A stretch of 64,000 bases of DNA from Podarcis melisellensis. Taxonomy: Eukaryota. The position numbers were made by a program, and so were the translations under genes. This document shows positions 52,526 through 64,000 of the stretch, in pieces (the stretch's first letter is position 1; each line of letters opens with the position of its first letter). The stretch lies in the NCBI GenBank assembly GCA_964234715.1, contig OZ174278.1; one strand, 5' to 3'. Below the pieces are notes generated by a model. It saw only the letters and a list, made by a program, of their open reading frames with translations. It ran no database searches and was not told where the DNA came from.

Positions 52526-55169
52526 CAGTTATTGGCTTTGATCCAAAGTCATGCTTTAGAGGAGACCGGTTAAAATAATAGGACTTATTATTTCAGTGGA
52601 TCTACTCAAAGCACAACAAAGTCTGGATTTAACCACTTATGTGGCACTTTTCTGAGAGGAAAATATATTATTTGAATAAGTTACACATTTCAAAAATGAT
52701 GCACAGCTGTGGGTATCGAGTGGGTAATCTTAATACTGCTTAGCTGAGGTCATATTAAAGTGCTTTTCTTTTTTCTAATTTATTTATAGAATGGAAGGAA
52801 TGGATTGGTTTATATGTGATGTGATCTAACAAAACTCCCCCCACCCATTAAGGTAAAGGACCTGGTTATTAGAGCACATGATGCATTGCACATATAATTC
52901 AGAATTTACAGCCCTCATGTTCAGGCCCAGAGACTCTGCCACAAACATCTGAATTCCAAGTATTTCCAAACATCAGAGGATGGTAGAAAGCAATTATTAA
53001 ACTTCCAGAAATATACTTTTGCTGAAGTCATCCTGTTCAGACAAATACTCCCATTGATTTCATTGTGTGTGTGTCACAGAAAGGAAGAGATAAATAGATA
53101 AAATGAGAAGAACAGTTATTTAAAGCTATTGAGCAAATACCACTAAATTTAGACTCCGAATCTGATTTGCTGAAAAGCATGAAAAGTTGAAATCTTAAAA
53201 AAAAAACCAGCCAGAGTGTATTTTCTTGTAAATCTGTAGATAAACTAAATTCTACTGCCATTTAAAAGCCTACAAATTCAATACCTAGTTTATGTCGAAA
53301 GCATATTGCATTTGGTTGTCGCCACATTATTATATCTAAAATAGCTGATACTGACAGGCCAACACGAGAGGTAGATAGGCCTAAATTTGGATCTTTCAAA
53401 TCTCCCTTTTTCACTGCAATATCTAAATCCTTGCAATTTACTGTGGCAGCAACGGTTGATAGTTCAAGGCAGTGTGTTAATGGAAGTGAGTGTGTTTGCA
53501 AAATGGTAGTAAGAAAATTCCTGTTCCCAGATCTGCCATGTACACATATCTAAGGATTCAGATGTAACAACTGAGCTGGTCCAGAGTAGGCCTACTTTAG
53601 AGAGAGGGAAATACTACTAAATAGAATATTTCACACAAGAAATTCTGACCAATCAGAGAGGCAGAGGCATTTGGCCAAGTGTGCACTATACTGTAAATGT
53701 AGCCAACAACAATTCTCACGCAAATGCTTTCTACATGCAAGTACATATACAAGAAAATGGAGTGCTGCATCAAGTGTACCATCTGTGAGATTTATCTAAA
53801 GCTGAACACTGACCAAGGTATGCTACTGATTCTTTTTGGTATTTATTTGTGTTGAGACCAACCCAGAGAACATGATACATAATGAATAAAAGAAATAAAT
53901 AAATGAAATGAAATATGAAAATATGGCTTTAATATGATGCGAGAGTTGTTTTCATACACAGTGGCCTTACCCATTCACTAAGAAAGGCCTATGAACTCCA
54001 TGCAGATTCCCATCAGAAGAATCCCAAACAGAATTAATACACTACCATCTCTTTTAGTCTTACAAATAATCCTTTTAAGTAGATGTATATGGATTAAAGC
54101 CAATTGAATCCCATTCAACATCCAGCATGATATTGTTTAAGTTAGTAAAAGAAAGTCCTTTCTGACTTTTTTTTTTGGGGGGGGGGGAAGCAAAATGCCA
54201 GCAACATGGTTCAATTTTTAAAATGCAACTTTATCCAACCAATTTTAAAGCTTCTCTCTCACAAAGTAAACAAACTTTCTTGGTTTTCTTTTGTTTTAAG
54301 GTCATGATGTTCTTATTTTCAGCCAACAGAGCACTCTTGGCACATTAACATCCTCTATAATTACCTTTCAGCATCAGCCCAATTCTCTTTTCAGGAAGGA
54401 TTGTAGGAGATCACTCGCCTGTGCTATGCTGTTTATTTTGAAGGATGTAGTGAGGAAGAATAAAAGCCCTGACATGTCATCAGAATGTAACTCTGTGTTT
54501 TGCCAATCAGTTGCTCATCAGGGCAAAAGTAGCAGGAATAGCTACCCTTGTTTGATGCCAGGGGTGCTTTAGGTAACTGCTAATGTTAGCAACACTGCTC
54601 TTTCCAGGCAAGACTTTTTTGTAGTTCAATCAAAGAGGAGGGAAAATCAAAGTGATTTTCTGCAGTAGTCTAATATTACCTTAATATTGCAAGCTGACAC
54701 TTGTCCAGTCCCTTTTTAAGAAGTGATAGTGAACTTCCTACAGACAAGTGTTGTATTTCAGAAGGAGAGATGGGAGTGTCAGGTAAGAGCCATATTATTT
54801 ATTCATATGTACATTTACATCCAGGCCTTCAGCAAAATCTTTCTCAGATCATATTGAGCATAACAAAAAGATCAGAATGTACTGTACTTGTTTCAATTCA
54901 CCATTGTACAGAAACAATGTCCTATTCCATCATAAAGCTAAGCAGTTTTTGAGATCCCAAATAAGCATTAATATTAACCTCTATGAAATCTTAACCTGGC
55001 ATCCCATCATCCTCTATAAATCAGAACTCCTTATAGTAACAAAATGGGCTTAATCTATTTTCTGTGAATCGACCTTTTACACATATTTTATAGAGACAAC
55101 TGTTGCAAGCCAACATTTTTTGCATCTTCTAGTTAAATGTGGGCCTACAAGGGTTTAAATTCTCAAGAC

Positions 55170-55306
55170 CAATGTTTCCCAACCTTGGGTCTCCAGCTGT
55201 TTTTGGACTACAATTCCCATCATGATCCGACCATTGGTCTTGCTAGCTAGGGATGTTGGGAGTTGTAGTGCAAAAACAGCTGGAGACCCAAGGTTGGGAA
55301 ATACTC
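55170..55306. mobile_element. ~137-bp palindromic hAT MITE
   Basis: tttcccaaccttgggtctccagctgttttt ... aaaaacagctggagacccaaggttgggaaa (30-bp perfect arms); flanks CTCAAGAC / ATCTAGAC. Confidence 0.88.
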
Positions 55307-58239
55307 ATCTAGACACTTTTCAGATATTACTTTTTAAAAAAGACAACATACTCTTCAAAACCTGTTTTTGGAGTGCATATCACATTATCAGTACAATTAA
55401 ATGTGTTGATTTGGGCCTTCTTATTTAATTATGACATTGATTAGCACTCAGGCTTGGCAATTTTTTACTTCTGCTATTCTGAGCAAGCAGTTGCTTCAGC
55501 TCAAACATACTGCGATTGCTTAAAAAGAAATGCATTCTTCCTTCACCAACCTAACAACACAATGCTTTCCAAAGAAACAAGCTTCAACCATGCTTCATAA
55601 AATCCACATCAACTATATTACCAACATAAAACCTGAACCTTGGGGGTTTGTATATCTAAAACAAATGACCCCAGTGATTACTGTCTATTTTATTTGTGCC
55701 TCCCATATGCTCTCCCACTTCTTTCAGTTATTGAGAGATAACATGCATTCTAAGATTCTAGATGAGTACACAGTTAAGAAGTTAATAGGATGCCCAAATA
55801 ATTCTGACATTTTAACCGACAGAATTGTTCCAAATTGCATCCTCCCAATTTTTTTCCAAGGTCCCCACCCAACAAGATGTATGTGTTTCTTGTTAATGAA
55901 CCAAGTTTTTCTTCTTAATTCTTGCCGTTTGTTTAGGCAATTTTATTTAGCCCTTTATTTAATTCCATCCACAACAATTGTAGCAATTCGTATGTGGGTT
56001 TCAGTGAGATAGAGTACTCTGACAAAGATGCACATACAAACATACGAGGAATGTGGTGGATGAAAATAACATGTTGTATTTGTACCCTAAAAAATCCATG
56101 AAACATGGTTTGTAATTGACTATGAAACCCAGTGGTTCTGGACAAGCCACTATTTCACAGAATTACTGTATGGATGACCAACTATAAAGCACACTGCATG
56201 CTGAAAAAACCTTCAGAAATGATTAAAATACAATCTCTCTTCAATGCAAATTTTATCAAAAGCAATCTGACCCAAAGAACTGATCTTGAAGGCATATGGT
56301 CTAGTTCTACTGATGAATCAATAAGGTCTAGCCTTGGATGTGGTATTCTTCAGAGTTATAGCAGAGTGCGAAATTGATCAATAAATATCCTGTTTGCAGT
56401 TAAGTCATTTTTAGGACATGGAATCTTCCCAGCTGAAGAACAATATGAATTTGCAAATTTGCACCCATCTATTTCTTGTACCTTAGCAACACCATGCTCC
56501 ACAAACTACCCCGCTAAGCAGATGTGAATGCTTAGGCTACTGTCTTCCATTGCCTCTTCTCTTAGCTCTAACTGTTGTTCTGCTGAATATCCTCAGGGCA
56601 GTACTAAATTACTAAATACAATTGATCCAAAGTCTACCCAGAGATAGCAAAAAAGAAAGAAAAGAAAACAGCATTTTCACTTAAGGTAATAGCATCCAGG
56701 GACTTACATTCCTAAGGACATGAGATATAAAATAATTATGTGAGATACAGTCCTCAGTATCCCTAATTATCATTGGTTTGAAAATGTGCAACAGTTTGCT
56801 CTTAGGCATTTTATAAACCTGCATTGTTGATGTTGCTTAAAAAAAGAAGATGCTGCAGGTCTTAATTCTAAACGTGTTTGATGGAAGGGAAGCAGGGCAG
56901 GAAAATGGCTTGTGCAGCTAATTTGCATATCACTGCCTGTGCTCAGCTGAGGGGGGGGGAGAGATGAGAACAGAGAATTGAAGAAGTCACATCCAAAATG
57001 TCAAGCTGTGCTTGAAGAATGATAGAAGACAGACTCACTCTCTTTCTGCCTGTGTAAAAGCCTTGCTTTGACATAGAGTGAAATTAACAAACTTAGCCAT
57101 TTCAGTAGAACTCTATCACCCCCTGCTGGACAGAATAATTCAGTAAAAAGAGCAACCTAGAAAATGCAAGTCCAGAAGTAATCCCAGTTGGTGAAATTCC
57201 ACCCCCCCCCCTTTCTTAGATATGCTTTATAAATAAAGTCTATGGCATGCATCTGTCCAGCTTTTCCCCAGCATGCATACACACACAAAAATATATATGA
57301 ACTTCCATGTAGCTAGTTGCCGTAATACCTATAAATCCTTTCCCAGGGAGGGCAAAACAAGCTCCTCCAGCAATTTAACTGACTCTTTAAGTCATGCCAA
57401 AAACTTGTCTAAACAGTTTGAAACGCTGCAATTAATTTGCACAAAGGGGTTCTGTTAGTGCGTCCCATTCATACAGTGCAATGTTCCTTCTGCCTGTCCA
57501 AAAGTAGTGGAATCCTGAAGTAACCTAGGAGTAAGAAGCACACAACAGGCACAGACCAGCCTCTGTTTCAAGCGAAGCACTGCTAAAATGTACGTTTAAA
57601 CACACAAACATATATCCGAAAACCAAAAGCGCCGAGGTGCAGCTTCTGCCTTTGCCTTCTTATTGCAATGCAACTGCCATTCAGTTCTAAGGATGTATAC
57701 ATGCCATGCACCACCTTGTATCAGAACGGCTGCATGCATACCTACACAGATGTGCCATACACAACACAGCACCCAGTGTCTGCTGTTGGCAAATTTAATC
57801 CAGGAAAGCTCTCCTTACAGAACCACAAGGAGACAATTTTTTTCCTCTTGTGGGGGTGGGGGGAACCTCCAGATTTCCTCACTGGCAAGGACTCCCAACC
57901 CCTTTCAAATTCATTCAAATTGGGTAAATCCAGTTTAATTAGTATGTGAAGGAAGGCTTTACATTCAATCCCATTCCTTTTACTGCAGTACCAGGAGAGG
58001 GGAGGGGAAGGAAAAAAAATCAAAATCAGCTGTGAAGAAACAAGGACAATCATTGTTCCGAATGATCAGAGAAAGATTAGCCCCCAAGAAAACTGCAGTT
58101 AGCATACTCGTTCTCCATCGTATGTCACAGACGTATCTATCAACGGGGAGATCTTCCTCGATTTAAGAAGCTGACCAATGCAAAAGGCAAAATGATATTT
58201 CAAGTGTCAGGTTGCTGCTGCTAGTGGCGATAGGAGTGT

Positions 58240-59530
58240 GAGGAGGGGGCGCGCGTTATTTTAATTGCATTATAAGCATCACGAAGAGATGGAGGAAGAT
58301 TGAGGGGCTCATGGAACAAGGGAAGGAAGGGAAGCGAGGGGGAATCGTTCTCCTACCTTGCCCGCTACTGAGGAACAATCCGAGCAGGTAAAGAGTCAGG
58401 CGGTTCATTTTCAGGAGCTCCCGTTGGTGGACAGTTCCCAAGTTAAGAGGCGCCGAGCGGAGGCGAAGCCAGCAGTCTCGCTCCTACTTTGCCGCCGCCT
58501 CTGCTGCTACTGCGTCGCTCTCCTCGCGCTCAAGTCTCCTCACCCCTTCAGTCAAAGGCGCGCGCCCGCCGCGCGCCCGCTCGCACATAGACGCGCGCCG
58601 CGAGAGCAAACTCCAGCCCCGAAGCCTCCTCACGAGCGCCGTTCGCCGAGTGACTGCAAGCGCCTCTCTGCGCCTCGCTATATCAAGGAGGCGGCGGCGG
58701 TAGCAGCAGAGGAGGAGCCGTTACACACACACACGGGGGAAGGAATGGGAAGTATCCCTCCGCCGGCACACACGCACGGCTTGATTTAAAACGCACACAC
58801 ACGCAAACGGGAGCCGGTCCAGCTCGACGAGCGGTAAAGAGCGAGGAAGGGGAAAGAGAGAGAGATTCTTCCGCGCCTTTCGGGCGCTCAGGCGCTGCTT
58901 CTTACAACATTCCGCGCCTTTCCCGCCCTGGCGGAATGCCGCCGAGGGGGAAAGGGCTCTGCTGGCGGGCTGCGAGCAGCTTTTCGAGGAGAAGAGGAAA
59001 GGGAGCTGCCCCCGGAGCTGTGGGGAGGCGCGAAAGGGCAAAAGGCATGTGGCGAGGCCAGGCAGAACAGGAAAGAGAGAGGGGAAGAAAAAAAAAAAAG
59101 TTTGCAGGAGCTGAAAGGCGACGGATATGCAGATTTGGAGGGGCTGCGTGGGCTCACATGCCTGTGCAGTGCGACAGGTTGCAGCGAGGTGCGGGGAAGG
59201 AGGGAGACGAGTCGGGAAGGGAAGGCTGCTGCTGCTGGAGGAGTCTGTGGTCAGAAAGGTTTCTACAGTGACACAATCTGCCTGCTAGGGGCTGCAAGCG
59301 GGGTGGGCTGCGGTGGGTGAGGCTCCAGAACAACGCGGGGAGTGGCTGTCTGTCAAGACATGTCTGTATCTGCGAGCGGAGGGCGGTTTTCTTTTCTTTT
59401 TCTCTTGCTTTTTTAATGAGGAGGAAAACAAAATGGCTGTAAGGAGAAAAGAGAAAACAATTCGGGCATCTGGAAGGCCACCTGAGACCGGCGTGGGGAT
59501 GAATGGGTTAAGGCTATGCCGTCCAAAACG
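58240..59530. promoter_or_regulatory. NCAM2: CpG island: NCAM2 promoter and 5' UTR
   Basis: Abrupt rise in GC and CpG content (GCGCGC runs at 58558-58602, GGC/GCA triplets) against a CpG-depleted background. It overlaps and extends upstream of the ATG. The TSS cannot be determined from sequence. Confidence 0.85.
58357..58408 (-). CDS. NCAM2: Neural cell adhesion molecule 2, first coding exon (signal peptide)
   Basis: Minus strand reads ctgaaaATG AAC CGC CTG ACT CTT TAC CTG CTC GGA TTG TTC CTC AGT AGC GGG CAA G|gtagga = MNRLTLYLLGLFLSSGQ plus a phase-1 donor. This matches the recalled mammalian NCAM2 N-terminus MSLLLSFYLLGLLVSSGQ(A). It sits in a CpG island and is followed by a very long intron, as expected for NCAM2. 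Confidence 0.9.
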
Positions 59531-60646
59531 GGAATGCCCAAAGTTGAGGCGAAATTTCCATGGGGAATATAGGACATAACGGGAGAGCAGGTGAAAGGGC
59601 AGAGAGAGAGAACCACACCATCTTTGGGTGATGGGGATTTAAAAGGCGCTGAAATAATATTCATGGTTGGAAAGGCAAGGAATGGCTAAGTGTGGGTCGA
59701 TACACCAGAAACAAAGATTCTCTCTCCAAACCAGCAAGTCTGCATGGAGAAGAAGCTATGCAACCAGTGCAGGTGCAGATTGACATCTGGATTGTTACTT
59801 ACTGCATTTATACCCCTGTCATTTCTCCAATGCACTCAAGGCAACGTACCTAGTTCTCTCCCCAAATGCATCTTCACAAGAACCCTGCAAAGTCCGTGCT
59901 AGATTGAGAGATAATGATTGCTCCAAATCTCTCCCCTTCATGCTGAGTTGGGACTGAACCTGAATCTTTCCAGTCTCCAACACTGTAATAATGATGCACA
60001 TCTGGCTCCCAATGTTCACCTGCATTGGTCTTCTTAGGGCACCCCAATGTAGCAGTTTGACCCATTTAAAGCGGATGAATATGTTCATACCCTTATGAGG
60101 CCATTGACTAGGTGCAGCTAGAGCTGAATTGACTCCATATCTCTGGGCCAGTGCTGGCTTATATCTAAAATTAAAAATCAGGAACATGAAGTTTGTAATC
60201 AATCTCACGAAAAACCATCTGAAAATGTTCAAAATTTTGTGTAAGCCAAGTGCTTGCTTCTCTATTCATATTATCTAGAAAGCTGTCATTTGGGTTGCAC
60301 ACTGGGTTTGATCCAGGAACTGTCATTCTTAAAGTAGACTCATTGAAACAAGTGGTTATTAAGTCAATCATGGGCCTACTCTGGCTATATTCACATATCT
60401 GAATTGCTAGAAATTTCTGATAACAGCATTATTATGAACTACGTTAAAAGAGGGGTATGAAATGCACCCCTCCACTGTAGTTACTAAGATTGAATTTGGT
60501 ATATATGGAGTTCTTTTTAGACTAGGGAAATCTGAAAATCATACATCAAATTGTCAGATCTCATGAAATATGCAGTCAAATTCCAACATGGAACAGTGAA
60601 ACATAACAAAGGCTGTGTTAGGCTATTGGACTTCCAGAGCCACTTT

Positions 60647-60835
60647 GGAACATAGAAATATGCCTTATACTGAGTCAGACTCATTGGTCCTTCTACGTCA
60701 ATACTGCTTACACTGGCTGTCAGTGGCAGCAGCTCTTTGGGGTTTCAGACAGGTGTCTCTCCCAGCCCTAAAGGGGGTTGAACCTGGGGTTCTCTGCATG
60801 TGAAACATGTCTCCTATTACTCAGACAAGGCTCTC
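60647..60835 (-). mobile_element. tRNA-derived SINE (Squam2/Anolis SINE2-like)
   Basis: Minus strand: catgcagagaaccccaggttcaaccc (B box) ... ggaccaatgagtctgactcagtataaggcatatttctatgtt tail. Confidence 0.65.
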
Positions 60836-62237
60836 CCACAGTTAAATCAAGTAATCTTTAATTCAAGTAAAAGTGATATGAATTAACTTTCAAAGATTTT
60901 CAGTAGCAGCTCAACACATATATCTATGCTTACAAAATGCAGTCTGAAATTACTAGCATATTGTGTATGTGTGTGGGGGGGAGATTGAGTGTTCATCTGT
61001 CTACACACTTGTCAGCGTGCCATCTGTATTCTCTAAGAACAAAAAAAATCATGTTTATATGATGACAGTTAAGGCTTGAAGGGAGGAAGATTAAAATAAT
61101 AATATATCCAAGAAAATATAATAACTTTTGTGCTAGGCATTGCTCTCGATTTCCAGCTTGGACCTCTTATTTCCTAGGTACCAGGCAGAATGGAAAGAAA
61201 CATGTGGATTTACAATTATATCAAACAGAGAGGAAGACACAATGCCAATCTCATGAAGGCATGTGGAATAGCAAGAGCGCTAGGATGGAAGTTTAATTAC
61301 ATGGGGAGTCTATGGGGACAAGGGGATGAAAAGGATGAGGAGAAGGTGAAAGGGGGGGAATTATGTAGGAAGTTTAAAAAGAAGTACTAATTAAAAGAAG
61401 GTTTATGATAAAGGGGCAAATATAGAAATAGTGGTGCAGTGATTATGCATACCTGGCAGAAGAAGAGTAAAATCTTCTGAGTGTTGTTATTATAAGAAGG
61501 CTGTAGAGACTGTGGCATGGACTATTTGTTGCATAACCAAACAATGGCTTAACATGGCGGCAGCAGGACCAAGGAAGGAACAAAGAAGCTACAATTTTCA
61601 CTATATGTAAAAATGTACATTACTTGTTCATGGTTAGCTATGCGTGGGTGAGACCACTGGACAACTACTTCGAGGCTCAAGGAGAGCCATGATGTTATTT
61701 CATATGATGCAAAATATTATTTTTGTCATTTTTAAAAACTGTAAAGCTTCATCGTTGAAACCATATTTCACCTGGATCTACAAAAAAATATGTACATCCT
61801 CATACGCCAAGGTGATGTGAAATTATCATATTCCAAATTAACCTTGTTTGGGCATTCTGTTGCATGTAATTAATATTGTGTGAACCAGGAGAAGAGAACT
61901 GTGGTCTTTCCCCCCATCTTCCCCACCATATGCCACTTGCATAGATAGCTTAATAAGATGTGAGTAGACAGAAACCTGTTGGATAGTTCCATCTGTAGTA
62001 GTTAGCTATGGTAGCTAATAGAACATCCACTACTTCCTTAATGCCAAGCTTGTGGACTTCCCAGAAGTATTTGGTTGGCCATGGTGGGAAACATGTTGCT
62101 GAGCTAACAGGTCTATGATTTGATCTAACAGATCTCTACTTATTTTCACCGTTGGTTAAATATTTAGGGTGAAATGTTTACAGACTTATTGAAAAAGACT
62201 TACCTAATTCTACCATTGTTTGATGTCTTCAGCCTAG

Positions 62238-62375
62238 CATACTGTAGCTCAGTGTCAGAGTACATGTTTCTCATACAAAACGTCTTCATTGTATCTTCGG
62301 TTACAAGAAACAAGTAGCTGTGTACATGCAAGAAGTCTGCCTGAGACTCTGGGAAACTGTTGCCATTCACAGTCC
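62238..62375 (+). mobile_element. Degenerate SINE of the same type
   Basis: actgtagctcagtgtcagagtacatg (A box) ... ctgcctgagactctgggaaactgttgcca. Confidence 0.5.
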
Positions 62376-64000
62376 TGGATACATATGCTAACTTGGAATA
62401 ACACAGCTTCCCGTGTACATCTGCTTTGACATTTTACATTCATCCCATGGTCTTCAGCCTACCCTTCTGTTGTTCTGTATAGTTCCTGAAAGCTATGCTC
62501 CACTGAGACAGACAAACTTCTCAGTGACCCCCAGGGCAAGTGGCCAGCATTTCACATTTATTGTTGTAAGACACTGTGCTTTTTATACAGGCCTACTGAC
62601 ACCTATTATTTGGTTTTGTCCCCATAGGTTATAGCTATGTTGGCATTGTATTCCAGATTTTACAGTGAGCATTTCTTTGTCATTTACAGCCCCTGAGTTG
62701 GAAATATGTTCAGAGTTCTTGTGCTCCCTGCTTTCTTGAACTGGTGCTTGGTATTCACTTTGTTGGTTGCTACCAGTCCTCAGGAGAGCTCACATCCACC
62801 AATTAGATCTAAACTGCAGGATTCTGGCCAGATTCTTTCCTAGCTGGACAGTAAAGTATTTGGTGAAGAAGTGATGATTATTTGAATGCAATTTCAGGGC
62901 TTAACTCCCCTCCCCCTTCAATGTCACCTTCTTTCCTTACTATTGTGTTTATTCACTTGCCAGTCTTTTCATGTTAAAATATTTAAATAATATTAGGAAA
63001 ATGGATATTTGGGAGCCTTCCATGTGTTTTGAAAGTGTCACAAATTCTCATACCTATTCATTTACTCGTCTATAAAATTGCTGGTTTGGGCTTCTTTATT
63101 AATGCAAATAAAAAAAACCCATTCCTTTTATATGAATGTAGTAGACTGTTTGTGTGATATGCAGTCAATTCAATGCTATGAAGGACCTTTTCTCAGAAAA
63201 ACAGCACCTAAAAATACATGTATATATTTTATAACCAGTGAAGCAAATGACGTTTGCACTCTCTTTTCACATTATAATGTAGCAAGAAAGTTTTACTCAG
63301 AAGCTATATTGCATTGCTATTTGCCAGTAATGAGACTGTTATCTCCCTAGTCGGGAGAACCCGATGCAAAAGCAGGTGAATACAAGTCTACAGTTTCCAT
63401 TGATATGACCTGAGCACACGTACTGATAGTAACAAAGCATCATATGGCTTTAAATCATTTTAAAAATACGGGACATAGAAAGAGTGGGAACAACTTCTAA
63501 AGTAGATTGAAGATGTGATGTTCCATCCTCTACCACCTTTTTGGCTCCAACTCCTATTCAGACAGGCCTCTTTTATTAACTCCTTGGTTCACAGCAACCT
63601 TTTCTCGCTTTGAGATCCACCTCTCCATGACTACCTTGGGGGAGGGAGGTGATGTCTTCAAACTCTTTTGCTTTTCTCCACACTCTTTATATACTTACAC
63701 AATTTCAGATTTCATAGCTAGCTTTTCATTGCTCTGCAACACAACTTTAAAGCTAGAATCCTGTCCATGGCTGCTGTACCTCAACCCCTCACCCCCCTTC
63801 TGCATGCCTGCAGTCTTCCCTGTAATGGGGTGCACACATCACAATATCTTACAGCAGTAGTTGATATGGCCTGTAGAATACTTTTATATGGGTTTTTTTT
63901 AAAAAAACAAACAAACCTTTGTTTATAATTTTTCTATGATATAAATAACAAAAAAGAACATAATATAGCTAATAAGTTGCCCTCTCCCAGATTTATTGGT

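Larger units (their letters stand above)
1..58356 (-). other. NCAM2: NCAM2 intron 1 (5' part; continues beyond the window start)
   Basis: Begins with GTAGGA after the signal-peptide exon. No segment resembling the next exon ([21 protein letters not shown]-like) was seen on the minus strand. Confidence 0.8.

Noticed and set aside
54490-54525. Hammerhead-like CTGATGAG...hairpin on the minus strand (other CTGATGA words also checked)
   Set aside because: The required CGAAA box and flanking helices are missing.
58358-59664. Several 70-143 aa ORFs on both strands of the CpG island (possible divergent gene)
   Set aside because: Expected from stop-poor GC-rich DNA; no recognisable domain or exon structure. 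A divergent non-coding RNA cannot be judged from sequence.

Overview
Vertebrate genomic DNA from a squamate reptile. The BovB LINE, Sauria SINEs and a Squam3-like SINE suggest a lacertid lizard (inference). The only host coding sequence I can support is the first coding exon of NCAM2 on the minus strand (58357-58408). It encodes the signal peptide MNRLTLYLLGLFLSSGQ, ends in a phase-1 GT donor and lies in a CpG island (~58240-59530). Positions 1-58356 are the first 58 kb of the very long intron 1; I found no exon 2 in the window. Positions above ~59.5 kb are upstream intergenic DNA. The rest is AT-rich non-coding sequence with many transposon relics: hAT MITEs, a decayed hAT transposase, two related solo-LTR-like elements, BovB/RTE/CR1/L2 fragments and several tRNA-derived SINE types. 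Nearly all ORFs in the supplied track are spurious or transposon-derived. I found no convincing new protein-coding system. The best leads are non-coding: a conserved, possibly structured motif shared by the two divergent LTR-like elements, an in-frame uORF separated from the NCAM2 start by a single stop, a hAT element filled with palindromes, and candidate neural enhancer and splicing signals in intron 1. Repeat family names come from my recall of consensus features, not from a database search.
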